Part shown: piece after piece, positions 1 through 10,329 of the stretch
Layout: every line of letters starts with the position of its first letter
Position numbering within the stretch: position 1 is the first letter of the stretch
Assembly: GCA_011042725.1 (NCBI GenBank)
Contig: DQWD01000337.1
Location: forward strand, 1 to 57,303
Length of the DNA: 57,303 nucleotides
Source: Candidatus Aminicenantes bacterium
GTDB lineage: Bacteria; Acidobacteriota; Aminicenantia; Aminicenantales; Aminicenantaceae
Direction of reading: 5' to 3'
The notes under the pieces: model-generated
Told to the model about the DNA's origin: nothing
What the model saw: the letters and a program-made list of their open reading frames with translations, nothing else
The model's database searches: none
Made by a program: the position numbers and the translations under genes

Positions 1-45
1 GAAAACTGGTGACATGGAAAACCGGTGACAGCTCACCTATTTACC
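1..45 (+). repeat. Dispersed REP-like palindromic repeat, family A (partial copy plus full copy)
   Basis: GAAAACTGGTGACA followed by GAAAACCGGTGACAGCTCACCTATTTACC; core GGTGA-CAGC-TCACC hairpin; near-identical copies at 39611-39650 and 51196-51286. Confidence 0.8.
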
Positions 46-342
46 AGTTTTTTGTTTGGTAGAAAAAGGAATCATCGCCAAAGCGAGTGCCTGGAAAAAA
101 CCTTGCGCTTTTCCTGCCAAAAAGCTTACTCCTTCACCCATATTCTCCCTCAATCTTTTTCCTGCCTTAAAAGTCAGCTAGGAAATAAATAATCAATGGT
201 TTTCCAGTTCTGCTTAAGCCTGATGATAACAACAAGTTATCGTTTAGAATCCATCACTTTTCATATATTGTCGTTAATTAGAGTCCTGCTTTTTTAAATA
301 ACCAGAAATTGTCCACGGGGAAAACATAGAGAGGAGGAGATG

Positions 343-2526
343 TTATTTAGATGATAATCGACTTCCCCAAAAAAGAAAGAGTAAAGCCCCGGAAACAAGA
401 ATAATCAAATATTGGACCACCTTAGTCAAACCAAAAAGGGGAATGTAAAGGGAGGAAACTCCCAAAGCACCCACAAAAGAACCGAGGAGGTCAAGACCAT
501 AACTCAACCCCAAATGAGAGTGGGCATGGAGGTAGAGGCGGGTGGCGGCAATAAAAATATCTCCTCCCAGATAACCAAGAAGAAGAAAGGCTCCATAGTA
601 AATCAGGGGGCTGACGGGATGTCGAATTACTGCCCCAAGAATCACGAGGAAAATAATAAGAGAAGCTAATAAAAGCAAAAATCGGGGGAGAGGCGACCAA
701 GGTAGCTTCTGACTTACCAAGGCGCCGATGTATAAACCAAGCATGAAGCAAGAGAATAGAAGGGATAAAGCATGATAGAGGGAGCCGAACTGGGCTTGGT
801 AGGCAATAAGGAGAACTATTTCGGTGACAATAGAGATGAAGCCTAAACAGATAACTGGGAAGAGGATGAAATAAATTCTGTTTTTGACCACCAGCAAAGC
901 GAGAAAGAGTCCACTAAAGAGAAGGAGCAAGGGGAAATCAAGCAACCACCATCTTCCTCGTTGGGCCAAAAAAGAAAAAATAGTCATCTCTTGCCTCGAG
1001 AATTGTTTACCCCAGAGTAGAGCAGTAAAAAAATAGCAAATGGGGTTGGTATCGGTATTAAGACGGAAACTAGGATTTTGGAGGGCGGGGATGAGGATTT
1101 GTTGGCGCCAAGGATTAATTCGAGAAACTAAGTAACTTTTCGTCAGAAACTTTGTTGATATCGCCCATTTCTCGAGGTTCGACCTTAAAAAGGAAGGAGT
1201 AAGATTTAGCTTTCTTTCTGAAGAAATAAAAATATTTGTTTCTCCAGGGACGACCTCCACCCAAGCAAACACTGTTTTAAGGGTATTGTAAAGCGAAGAG
1301 AGGAGAAGTTGCCTCTCTTTGGAGATGTAGTTTTCCGAAGATGTTATCCGAAAAGCAAAAATACCACGGGGAGTAAGCTTTTGTTTAACCATTTGGAAGA
1401 ATTCAAGAGTGTAAAAACGATTCAGTTGGGCATTGATCGGGTCCGGAAGGTTGAGGATAATTACTTCATATTTTTTATTCACCTGGTTAAGATAGGCTCG
1501 TCCATCGGCAATTATTAGCTGAACTCGGGAAGAGTGGAGAGCTTTTTTTTCCTTTTCAGGAAGGAATTTAAGCGCCAGATCTATTAATTGGGGATCAATT
1601 TCCACGTAGTCGACTTGAGTAAATGGGTATTTGAGGGTTTCATCCAGTGTTCCTCCCAGGCCTCCTCCAATTAAGAGCATTTGGCGAGCCGTGGGGAATT
1701 GTAATAGAGGAAAGTGAATAATTTCTTCGGCTTGTTCTGGGTTGGGAAGACTAAAGTAGAGAGAATGGTTGGTGTATAAGGTTACTTGTTCTTGAGAAGC
1801 GATAAGCCCCAGTTTTCCATAGAGGCTATCTTGGCAAGCTTTCAGGGTAAAAGGCGACCAGTAAAGTTTTTCAGCTGGAAAATCAGCTAGCCAGAAGGTC
1901 GTCAGAATAGCTGTTAGACTGAGAAGAAAGCCGAGTTTCCGCGGTGATGACCAGATGATAAAAATGGCTGAACAACTTAACAAGACGATCAAGGCAAGGC
2001 TCTGCCAATTGGAAAAATAGGGAAGAATAACAAAATAGATGAGAACTCCTCCCCCAAACGAACCCAGAGCTTCCCGGAGGTAGGTTTTCTCTACTTGTCC
2101 ATTCAAATAATTGGCATTCCACACGAAGAGAATACCAAGGGGAAACCCGAGAAAAAAGCAGTAAATAAAGGAGGCGAAAATAATAGTTGCGAGACTGGCG
2201 GGTTCACCTGGCTGGAGAGAAAAGATGAACCGGGAGAAGCGAAGAAGAACAAAAACCCCCACAATTCCTCCCCCGTAAAGATAATAACCTTGGAAAAAAC
2301 GATCTATCTGGAATCGAAGGCGGGGACCGACTAAACTTCCGATACCCACCCAGAAAAGCCATGATCCCAAGCCAAAACCGAAAGTTAGTTCGTTTCCTTG
2401 AAAATAAGCGGAGAATTCTCTTAGAAAAATAACTTGAATGGAGAGAGAGAGAAATCCAAGAAGGAAGGGAGGAAGGAAAAGTTTTAATCCCAAATTCCGG
2501 GAATAGGAGTTTGACACTGGGGACAT
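343..2526 (-). CDS. Membrane-embedded spermidine-synthase-like (class I SAM-binding) protein with multi-TM N- and C-terminal regions
   Basis: LLIGGGLGG, VEIDPQL, DGRAYL, NLPDP...FYTLEFF motifs flanked by many hydrophobic helices; overlaps the amrS stop, so the exact start is uncertain. Confidence 0.8.
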   Translation of the reverse strand: MSPVSNSYSRNLGLKLFLPPFLLGFLSLSIQVIFLREFSAYFQGNELTFGFGLGSWLFWVGIGSLVGPRLRFQIDRFFQGYYLYGGGIVGVFVLLRFSRFIFSLQPGEPASLATIIFASFIYCFFLGFPLGILFVWNANYLNGQVEKTYLREALGSFGGGVLIYFVILPYFSNWQSLALIVLLSCSAIFIIWSSPRKLGFLLSLTAILTTFWLADFPAEKLYWSPFTLKACQDSLYGKLGLIASQEQVTLYTNHSLYFSLPNPEQAEEIIHFPLLQFPTARQMLLIGGGLGGTLDETLKYPFTQVDYVEIDPQLIDLALKFLPEKEKKALHSSRVQLIIADGRAYLNQVNKKYEVIILNLPDPINAQLNRFYTLEFFQMVKQKLTPRGIFAFRITSSENYISKERQLLLSSLYNTLKTVFAWVEVVPGETNIFISSERKLNLTPSFLRSNLEKWAISTKFLTKSYLVSRINPWRQQILIPALQNPSFRLNTDTNPICYFFTALLWGKQFSRQEMTIFSFLAQRGRWWLLDFPLLLLFSGLFLALLVVKNRIYFILFPVICLGFISIVTEIVLLIAYQAQFGSLYHALSLLFSCFMLGLYIGALVSQKLPWSPLPRFLLLLASLIIFLVILGAVIRHPVSPLIYYGAFLLLGYLGGDIFIAATRLYLHAHSHLGLSYGLDLLGSFVGALGVSSLYIPLFGLTKVVQYLIILVSGALLFLFWGSRLSSK

Positions 2527-3605
2527 TTTCCATCTTTTAGATTAATTTTTGAAACTTCAAACCCCCATCTCTTGATCAGGAGAGTGCCACAACGGGGGCA
2601 ATAAGTGCTTTCGGCCTGATGGCCAGGAACATTGCCGATATAAACATAGTTGAGACCCTCCTCGCGGGCGATTTGATGGGCTCGTTCTAAAGTGGAAATT
2701 GGAGTGGGGGGGAGGTTTCGCAGAAGGTACATTGGATGGAAGCGAGAAAAGTGGAGAGGAACATCAGGTCCCACCTCGGCTTTTATCCAGCGAGAAAGAT
2801 TCTTTATTTCTTTGACTGAATCATTTAAAGTAGGAATAACAAGATAGACTATTTCGAGCCAAATCGGGCTGGCGGCAATTTTCTTAATCGCTTCGAGCAC
2901 TGGTTGGAGTTTACCCCGTACATATTGATCATAAAAATCCTGAGTAAAGGATTTTAGATCAACTTTAATGGCCTCAACCACGCTGATTAATTCCTCGAGA
3001 GGTTCGGGATTAATATGACCGCCGGTAACCACCACACTCTTCAGGCCAGCTCGGCGTCCTAATTTGGCTGTATCCACCATGTATTCGTAAAAAACCACTG
3101 GTTCAGTGTAGGTATAGGCGATAATCGGACAGTCGTATTTTTTGGCCGTATCGACCACCATTCGCGGAGGGAAGTCAAAGTGGTGGACTTGTTCAGGTCT
3201 TACCTGGGAGATTTCCCAATTTTGACAGAATTTACAATTGACATTACAACCGGCGGTAGCAAGGGAAAGGGTAATTTGGCCGGGATAAAAGTGGAAAAAA
3301 GGTTTTTTTTCGATGGGATCAACATGCACGGAACAAGCTTTTCCATAGACCAAAGTATAATAGGTGCCTTCAGAATTTTCTCGAACTCCACAATAGCCTC
3401 TTTCTTTGTTGCCGAGGCGACATTGGCGAGGGCAGAGCTGACACTCGATTTCTTTATCTGGCAATTTTTGGTAATAGCGAGCTTCGACTTTGGATAATTG
3501 AGGAGGTATTTCCAAAGCATCTAAATCCCGACAAATTTCAGGTAAGGCGCGAGGACCAAAGAGAGCCAAGCATGGGGTTGCTTTTAAAAATTCTCTTCTT
3601 TTCAT
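2484..3605 (-). CDS. amrS: AmmeMemoRadiSam system radical SAM enzyme with N-terminal twin-arginine motif
   Basis: N-terminal CQLCPRQC...GYCGVR, DPIEKKPFFHF, radical SAM motif CNVNCKFC-QNWEISQ, YTYTEP, HFSRFHP, C-terminal CPRC/CPQC; begins MKRREFLK. Confidence 0.9.
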   Translation of the reverse strand: MKRREFLKATPCLALFGPRALPEICRDLDALEIPPQLSKVEARYYQKLPDKEIECQLCPRQCRLGNKERGYCGVRENSEGTYYTLVYGKACSVHVDPIEKKPFFHFYPGQITLSLATAGCNVNCKFCQNWEISQVRPEQVHHFDFPPRMVVDTAKKYDCPIIAYTYTEPVVFYEYMVDTAKLGRRAGLKSVVVTGGHINPEPLEELISVVEAIKVDLKSFTQDFYDQYVRGKLQPVLEAIKKIAASPIWLEIVYLVIPTLNDSVKEIKNLSRWIKAEVGPDVPLHFSRFHPMYLLRNLPPTPISTLERAHQIAREEGLNYVYIGNVPGHQAESTYCPRCGTLLIKRWGFEVSKINLKDGKCPQCQTPIPGIWD

Positions 3606-4522
3606 CCTTCTACCTCAAGAATTTCCATGTTGGTTGAGGTGTGTCCTAAGCCTAAGGCTTCGGCGGTATGAAGATAACGAGGGGGGCGGTTTTCCTCCGC
3701 TAAGGAAGGAAGACCGGCGCGGCGGCGGAGTTGGTCGATTATCTGCCAACCTACGTGGTCAGCAGCCACCGGATCAAGGCTAAAAATAAGTTTATTCTCC
3801 CGGGAAGCCCAGCGGGGATGGTAAGAAGGCCCTCGATGGAATTGGACGAGCAGGGCATCAATAATGGTCAAGCGATGCTTGGCCTTGATGGGAGGCGTGG
3901 TGCAGAGCTCGGCCACAAAGGGATCACAGTTTTGGTCGTGATACTTGTTGGGGTTATGGATGGCTCCGAAGTAGTTTTTTAATCCGGCGGTGACTCCAGC
4001 CAGGCCATGGTCTTTCAAAATGGCGAGACTAAGGGAATGGTGAATGAATTTGGACTGGATGTGCGAAAAGAGGCTGCCGATATTGGTCGTCATAGTTAAT
4101 TTTGACTCGTAGCCAACCCCTTTGGTATCGGTCCCGAAGACTTGTATTTTGCCCCTTTGCTGGAGGCGGTAACCAGCTTTCTTAAGTTCCCGATTGGTTC
4201 TATCCCAGATGATGATTCTGCTCAAACCAGGGTGATTTTCAGCCAGAATCTGGCTCAATGTTAAAGCTACTTCCGGTCGTGTCGATAGTTTTTTGCCGGC
4301 GATGGTATTAATTTTAACTCCCACTTTGCCTGGGCGAGGAAAAATTTGCAGGAGAACTTCTTTGAGAGCGAGGTTGTCAAATAAAGAACGGAGAGACTTT
4401 ATAACGATATTTTTTAACCGGGCAATATTTATATCTCCGTTTTTGCTTAGAATTTCACCATGAGCGACAATAACTTTTGCCATCTGTAAATTAAAGTTAC
4501 TCTTCAAAGTAAGAGTTGTCAA
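3602..4522 (-). CDS. DUF362 domain-containing protein
   Basis: VGVKIN, STRPEV, LKDHGLAGVTAGLKNYFG, DPVAAD motifs; start may be the ATG at 4483; 4-bp overlap with amrS. Confidence 0.8.
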   Translation of the reverse strand: MTTLTLKSNFNLQMAKVIVAHGEILSKNGDINIARLKNIVIKSLRSLFDNLALKEVLLQIFPRPGKVGVKINTIAGKKLSTRPEVALTLSQILAENHPGLSRIIIWDRTNRELKKAGYRLQQRGKIQVFGTDTKGVGYESKLTMTTNIGSLFSHIQSKFIHHSLSLAILKDHGLAGVTAGLKNYFGAIHNPNKYHDQNCDPFVAELCTTPPIKAKHRLTIIDALLVQFHRGPSYHPRWASRENKLIFSLDPVAADHVGWQIIDQLRRRAGLPSLAEENRPPRYLHTAEALGLGHTSTNMEILEVEG

Positions 4523-4714
4523 TCAGGTCTATTGGCCTAAATGTTTTTATTTATTGTTAATCAATCTTGGTTCTGGAGGGCGTTTTATTTAGAAGTGACT
4601 CTTTGGTGCTTTTTATATTGCCCCTAAGAGAGCAAATTAGCTATACTAGAAAACTAGCTACATTATAGAAATAGTTGGTAATTAGTTATGATAATTCTTA
4701 AAGGAGAGTTATAA

Positions 4715-5623
4715 ATGAGAAAAAAGCGAATCCATTTAGGATTTTTATTGGGCGCTATTCTCGGGAGTTTTATTTTTCTAGGGAAAGGAGAAGCTCTTAC
4801 CCCCCTGGAAGGTTATTTACCCCAAATTGAGGGGTGGGTGATTAAGGGGGAAGTTCTTAAATTTTCGCCGGAGAATTTGTTTGAGTACATAGATGGAGCC
4901 GCCGAGGCTTATCTTTCCTATAATTTCCAAACTCTGGTTGCCGCTGAGTATCAGAAAAAAGATAGCCAGCAAACTGTCTCGGTGGAGATATATGATATGG
5001 GATCGGTAAAAAACGCCTTTGGCATTTACAGCGCTGAAAGATACCCTGAATCTAAGTTTATCCCTCTCGGCCTTCAAGGCTATGAAGAGGAAGGTGTTTT
5101 GAATTTTTTGGTCTCTCATTTCTATGTGAAATTACTTTCTTTTGAAACTGAAAATTCTGGGGAAAACATCCTCCGGGTTATGGCCGAGGACATTGTTGAG
5201 CGAATCGGGGAGAAAGGAGATTGGCCTTTACCTTTAAAGGTCTTGCCTGTCCAGGGGAAGGTTGCTAACAGCGAGAAATTCATCCTGAAGAATTTTCTGG
5301 GGTATCATTTTCTTCACGATGGATATTTAGCTCATTATCGTTGGAATTCAATTGAGTTCGATTGTTTTATTATTGACGCCACCGATGGCCCCGAGGCTCA
5401 AAGAATGGTTGATCAATATCTTCAGCTTAAAAAGGAAGGAGGACCGAAAAAGATTGCCTCCGGAAAAGGATATCAGCTACGAGATCGTTATTACCAAAAT
5501 GTTTTCCTCGCCCGCCAGGGCAAGTTTGTCGTCGGAGTCATGAAGATTCCTGATGACCAACAAGAACTAGGATTAATTTATCTTCAAGCACTTCTTAAAA
5601 ATTGTCCTGGGTCATACCAATAG
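4715..5623 (+). CDS. Exported DUF6599-like protein
   Basis: Signal peptide; PENLFEYIDGAAEAYL and VEIYDMG...NAFGIYS motifs; SD AAGGAG upstream. Confidence 0.6.
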   Translation: MRKKRIHLGFLLGAILGSFIFLGKGEALTPLEGYLPQIEGWVIKGEVLKFSPENLFEYIDGAAEAYLSYNFQTLVAAEYQKKDSQQTVSVEIYDMGSVKNAFGIYSAERYPESKFIPLGLQGYEEEGVLNFLVSHFYVKLLSFETENSGENILRVMAEDIVERIGEKGDWPLPLKVLPVQGKVANSEKFILKNFLGYHFLHDGYLAHYRWNSIEFDCFIIDATDGPEAQRMVDQYLQLKKEGGPKKIASGKGYQLRDRYYQNVFLARQGKFVVGVMKIPDDQQELGLIYLQALLKNCPGSYQ

Positions 5624-5634
5624 CTATCAGTAGG

Positions 5635-5674
5635 GGTCGGGCCGTGCTATCTATTTGATAATAAATGAATTAAG
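5635..5674 (+). repeat. Dispersed intergenic repeat, family B
   Basis: GGTCGGGCCGTGCTATCTA...AATAAATGAATTAAG; similar copy at 18422-18457. Confidence 0.65.
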
Positions 5675-5683
5675 TAACATACA

Positions 5684-5720
5684 ACCCTTAAAATCTACCT
5701 TGTAACTAGATTTTAAGGGT
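5684..5720. terminator. Perfect 14-bp inverted repeat between convergent genes, probable terminator hairpin
   Basis: ACCCTTAAAATCTA / TAGATTTTAAGGGT with a 9-nt loop; no strong U-tract downstream on either strand. Confidence 0.55.
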
Positions 5721-5826
5721 AAAAAATCGCTTTTTAGCAGAATTAATTAGAATCAATTCTATTATATTACTTAGGAAGTCTCAAAAAGAAAGCTTTACTT
5801 CGCTGTTCTAAATTACCTCCAGAGTT

Positions 5827-6192
5827 TTACAGTAAATGTTGTTCTTGGAGGTAATTCTTGACCTGGCTGTATTCCTCATCAAGGGTAGCAATAATTTGGC
5901 TTAGTTTTTTTTCGTCTTTTACCTTGCTTGCCTGTTCAAGATCCAAGAAAAGCTTCTCCAGGGAAATTAAGCTAAGATTGCCTGAAGCTCCTTTTAAGGA
6001 ATGACTTATCTCTTGGACAGTTTGGAAGTCTTTGTTTTGCCAGGCATTTTTGATTCCTGCCACTTTAGATTCAAATTCTTCTTCATAAATAGATAAAAGT
6101 TCCCGGAGAAAGTCTTTATCTCCTCCCGTTCGCTCTAGAGCGGAATCCAAGTCAAACAATGCTTGGGGATTTTTCTGGTGGTTTTTAGCCAT
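5827..6192 (-). CDS. Hpt (histidine phosphotransfer) domain protein
   Basis: ALERTGGDKDFLRELL and SHSLKGASGNL with the conserved His. Confidence 0.9.
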   Translation of the reverse strand: MAKNHQKNPQALFDLDSALERTGGDKDFLRELLSIYEEEFESKVAGIKNAWQNKDFQTVQEISHSLKGASGNLSLISLEKLFLDLEQASKVKDEKKLSQIIATLDEEYSQVKNYLQEQHLL

Positions 6193-7198
6193 GAGTTACT
6201 CCTTTCAGTGAGTAAGGGCGAGAGGCGATGATAACTTGATTTCGCCCTTTTGTTTTAGCTTGGTAAAGAGCTTGGTCGCAAGTTTTGATCAAACTCTGTG
6301 GGGTTGGGTGGGAGAAAACCTCCGAAGATGTTGCTCCGCCACTTAAAGTTGGCCGCAGCACAGTTTTATCGGCTAAGCGAATTTTTAGTCTGGCTACCGA
6401 TTTTAGGAGACGCTGGCTAATATGAGTTACATCGGCTATTCCACATTTGGGCAACACGATAATCAGTTCATCACCTCCGTAACGCCCAATTTGATCATAT
6501 TTGCGAATGTTCTTTTTTAGTTGGCGGGCGATTTTTTTTAAAACAATATCGCCTGCAGGGTGACCATAGGTATCGTTAATTTTCTTAAAATGGTCAATAT
6601 CAAACATGATAACACCAACTGTTTGGTTTTCTCTTTCTCCCCGGGCTAACTCAGAGGAAATATCAATGAGAATTTGACGCCTTGTTTTAATATTGAGAAG
6701 GCTATCAGTGGTCGCTAGTTTTTCTAATTTTTTTTGATATGCCAAAAGTTGTCTTTCGAGAGATATAATTCTGATTCCAGCCTGAAGTCGAGCTTTCAAT
6801 TCCAGGGGATGGAAGGGCTTGGTGATATAATCATCTGCTCCAGCTTTGAATCCTTCAGCTAAGTCTTGAATCTTATTTCGAGCCGTGACAAGAACGATAT
6901 AAGTGTAAGTATTTCTTTGCTGATCGATGGTTCTAATTTTACGAGCTAAATCTGGTCCGCTTAAATGAGGCATCATCCAATCGAGGATGACAAGGGGAAT
7001 TCTTCGGCGCCGGAAAATTTCGAGGGCTTTTTTACCATCGGCCACTACCAAAGCTTCATATCCCCAATCTTTAAGGTTTTTAGCGATTAAGCGTTGAGTT
7101 ACAGGTTCATCTTCGGCAACGAGAATTAACCAATTCTTTAATTGAACATTAAATTTCTTCCTCGGCAAATTCTCTCTTGTTATTTTGGCTTTTTTCAT
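6185..7198 (-). CDS. Response-regulator diguanylate cyclase (REC-GGDEF), GGDEL variant
   Basis: REC LVAEDE...ILDWMMP...DDYITKPF; DIDHFKKINDTYGH; I-site RKYD; RYGGDEL. Confidence 0.9.
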   Translation of the reverse strand: MKKAKITRENLPRKKFNVQLKNWLILVAEDEPVTQRLIAKNLKDWGYEALVVADGKKALEIFRRRRIPLVILDWMMPHLSGPDLARKIRTIDQQRNTYTYIVLVTARNKIQDLAEGFKAGADDYITKPFHPLELKARLQAGIRIISLERQLLAYQKKLEKLATTDSLLNIKTRRQILIDISSELARGERENQTVGVIMFDIDHFKKINDTYGHPAGDIVLKKIARQLKKNIRKYDQIGRYGGDELIIVLPKCGIADVTHISQRLLKSVARLKIRLADKTVLRPTLSGGATSSEVFSHPTPQSLIKTCDQALYQAKTKGRNQVIIASRPYSLKGVTHG

Positions 7199-10100
7199 CT
7201 AATTTGGCTTTTTCTTTGACTGCATTACCCTAGAAATAACGTTTTCCAGTTCTTCCATTTTGAGAGGCTTAGCTATATAATCATCCATTCCGGCGGCTAA
7301 GCATTTTTCTCGGTCTCCTTTCAGAGCATGAGCCGTCATGGCAACGATGGGGACGTGGGATTTCGTTTTCCTTTCCTTTTCTCTTATTTTTCGAGTTGCG
7401 GTTAGACCGTCCATTTTCGGCATCTGCACATCCATAAGGATAAGGTCAAATTTTCCCTTCTCCAGAACTTTAAGTACATCCTCCCCCGAAACCACGGCCT
7501 TGACCCGGTGTCCCATTTTTGTCAAGAAATTGATCGCTACTTTCTGATTAATAATGTTATCCTCAGCCAATAAAATGGAATATTTTTCCCTGAACTCACG
7601 AATTGAATGGCGGGTAATAAGCGGCCTCTCCTCTTGAGGATATGGTTTTGTGCCGAGGGTGAGCAAAATAGCGTCCAGAAGGTCGGATTGTTTGATCGGT
7701 TTATTTAAATAAGCAGATATTCCCAATTGGCGACAAAAAGCAGCATCACCCGGCGATCCCACGGAGGTTAAAACAATCATCAGCGGGGAAGGGCTTATTT
7801 TTTCTTTAATTTTTTTAGCCAGAGTAAATCCATCCATCCGCGGCATATGCATATCCATGATGACTAAATCAAAAGGTTTTCCTCCTTGGCAAGCTAATTG
7901 CAAAAGCCGAAGAGCTTTATGAGAAGAGGCGGCTTCGGCGGCTTTCATTCGCCACGAAGTAAGCATTTCAGAGACGATTTTCCGATTGGTTTGGTTATCA
8001 TCGACGACCAGCACTCTTAAACCATCAAGATTTTCCACTGATTCGGAGAAAAGGGGCTTTCTTTTTTTGTGAGGAAGACCAAAACCAACTGTAAAGTGGA
8101 AGGTGCTTCCCTTACGGGGGATGCTTTCGACCCAGATTTTTCCTCCCATCATTTCAATAATTCTTTTACAAATAGTTAATCCAAGGCCAGTGCCGCCATA
8201 GCGACGAGTAATGGAGCTATCAGCTTGGGAGAAGGCTTTAAATATTTCTTTCTGTTGCTTAGCAGATATGCCTACTCCTGTGTCCCGGACTTGAAAGTGA
8301 AGATGGACCCAATTTTTAGTTTTTTCTATTTCTTCGACAGATACCTCTACTTCTCCGCGAGGAGTGAATTTAATGGCATTATTGACAAGATTGACAAGGA
8401 CTTGGCGGAGACGTCCGGGATCGCCGATAACATCATAATTTATATTCGGTGGAATATGACAAAGCAATTCAAGGTTCTTTTGCTGAGCGCCTAGAGCTAG
8501 CGAAGATACAGAGTTATGAATAGTATCCTGGAGATTAAAAATAGTTTGTTCAAGTTCAATTCGTTTGGCCTCAATTTTGGAAAAATCTAAGATTTCGTTA
8601 ATGAGATCCATGAGAGTTTCGGCTGATTCGCGGATTGCCATCATGTATTCGCGCTGTTCAGGAGAGAGAGAAGTGTGCAGCATTAATTGGGTCATTCCAA
8701 TTATTCCGTTCATCGGGGTTCGAATCTCATGGCTCATATTGGCTAGAAATTCGCTTTTGGCTTGGCTAGCTTCCTGAGCTTTGTGGCGGGCCTCAACAAG
8801 TTCGCTAACATCAATAAGGTTGAGAATAAATCCCTCATATTTTTCTTGGCGGAAAATAGGTTGAACCCGGAAGAGCATGCTCAGTTTTCGAAATGCTCCT
8901 TCCACAACCATCATTTCTTTTTTATGTCCTAGCTTGAAAGCGCTGGCTTCTTGCTTAATTTTTTGGGTGGCTTCTCCTTTAGGCAGTACTTGCCAGGCTG
9001 ATTTTCCGAGAAGAGAGGTCTTTTTTCGTTTGACTAGTCGACAAAAGTACTCGTTAACTTCGATGATTTTATCTTGAGAGTTGACAAAAACTACTCCTTC
9101 TTCCATTCCTGAAATCATGGCCGTTAACTTGGTCGTTTCTTTTTGCAGGGCTTCTTGGGTTTTTTTGAGCTCACTTATGTCCACGATTGATTCTAGAAGG
9201 TAATCTTTCCTTTGCATTTTGATGGGAATTACGCTTTTCAAGATGTCAATTTTTTGGCCTAGGCTGTCGGTAAGAAAAGTTTCCTCGTTATTAACTGTTT
9301 GATGAAGGTTCACCACCGGGCATTTCCGGTCTTTCTGGGTGCAGAAAAAGTCGAAACATTCCCGGCCGATGATTTTTTTCGGAGTCAATTTGAGGATTTT
9401 AACCGCCGCAGGATTAACCTCAACAATCCGGAAATTTTGGGAGTCGACAATTATTATGCCGGTGTTGAGATGGTTGAGAATTGATTTTAGACGTTGGGCG
9501 TTGTTTTTTATTTCCTCTTCAGCTAACTTTTCTTTGGTTATATCCCGGTAAATTCCATAGAGCGCGTGCAGCTGGCCGTCAATTTTAATTGGCGAGGCAA
9601 GAACAGAGACATAGATTTGGCGCCCATCTTTACGTCTCCGGCGAGCCTCGAATGAAACTTTTTTGCCTAATGCAACCTTTTTGGTTATTTCGATTGCCTT
9701 GACATGGTTATTTTCGGGGGTGATGAGGTCATCGATTTGTTGGCCAATTATTTCGGAGGAAGAATAACCGAAAATTTGCCCGAACTTTCGATTAACACGG
9801 ATGGCTCGGCCTTGGATATCCAAGAGCGCAATGCCTTCTTCGGCGTTTTTAAATAGACAATCAAGCAGAATTTTTTCCCTCTTGAGTTTTTCTTCGATTT
9901 CTTGCTGGTGACTGACATCAATCCAGGTGGTAACGTAGAATAGAAATTCATTTTGGTGGTGGACAGGAAAGGAAACAATTCTTACCCAAGAAGGATGTCC
10001 CTTTTTATCAATGAAGGGCAAAGTTATCCGAAAAGTGCCTTTTTGAAGAGCATAATTTAATTTCTTTTGGTAGTTAGCCTTTTCTTCAGGAGGCCACCAA

Positions 10101-10291
10101 GGAAAAGGAGGGGTTTGACCTAACAGTTCGTTAAGGGAAAAACCTGAAAGCCGACAAAAGGCTTGGTTAACATAGCTGACCTTCTTTTCTTTATCAAGGA
10201 TTAGGATAGGTAGTTTATTACTATCGATCAGAGAGCGCCAGATGTCTTTTTTCTCTAAGTTAGTAATAAGGCTGAAAGTATTTAGTTTCAT
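7199..10291 (-). CDS. Soluble hybrid sensor histidine kinase (about 4 PAS - HisKA - HATPase - REC - REC)
   Basis: Repeated PAS motifs; [15 protein letters not shown]; [10 protein letters not shown]; DTGVG; GGTGLGL; two receivers (IMDMHMP, LMDVQMP); no TM helix. Confidence 0.93.
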   Translation of the reverse strand: MKLNTFSLITNLEKKDIWRSLIDSNKLPILILDKEKKVSYVNQAFCRLSGFSLNELLGQTPPFPWWPPEEKANYQKKLNYALQKGTFRITLPFIDKKGHPSWVRIVSFPVHHQNEFLFYVTTWIDVSHQQEIEEKLKREKILLDCLFKNAEEGIALLDIQGRAIRVNRKFGQIFGYSSSEIIGQQIDDLITPENNHVKAIEITKKVALGKKVSFEARRRRKDGRQIYVSVLASPIKIDGQLHALYGIYRDITKEKLAEEEIKNNAQRLKSILNHLNTGIIIVDSQNFRIVEVNPAAVKILKLTPKKIIGRECFDFFCTQKDRKCPVVNLHQTVNNEETFLTDSLGQKIDILKSVIPIKMQRKDYLLESIVDISELKKTQEALQKETTKLTAMISGMEEGVVFVNSQDKIIEVNEYFCRLVKRKKTSLLGKSAWQVLPKGEATQKIKQEASAFKLGHKKEMMVVEGAFRKLSMLFRVQPIFRQEKYEGFILNLIDVSELVEARHKAQEASQAKSEFLANMSHEIRTPMNGIIGMTQLMLHTSLSPEQREYMMAIRESAETLMDLINEILDFSKIEAKRIELEQTIFNLQDTIHNSVSSLALGAQQKNLELLCHIPPNINYDVIGDPGRLRQVLVNLVNNAIKFTPRGEVEVSVEEIEKTKNWVHLHFQVRDTGVGISAKQQKEIFKAFSQADSSITRRYGGTGLGLTICKRIIEMMGGKIWVESIPRKGSTFHFTVGFGLPHKKRKPLFSESVENLDGLRVLVVDDNQTNRKIVSEMLTSWRMKAAEAASSHKALRLLQLACQGGKPFDLVIMDMHMPRMDGFTLAKKIKEKISPSPLMIVLTSVGSPGDAAFCRQLGISAYLNKPIKQSDLLDAILLTLGTKPYPQEERPLITRHSIREFREKYSILLAEDNIINQKVAINFLTKMGHRVKAVVSGEDVLKVLEKGKFDLILMDVQMPKMDGLTATRKIREKERKTKSHVPIVAMTAHALKGDREKCLAAGMDDYIAKPLKMEELENVISRVMQSKKKPN

Positions 10292-10329
10292 GGTAACTTT
10301 CTTTCCCTTGGTAATTCCTTGTTTATTCT

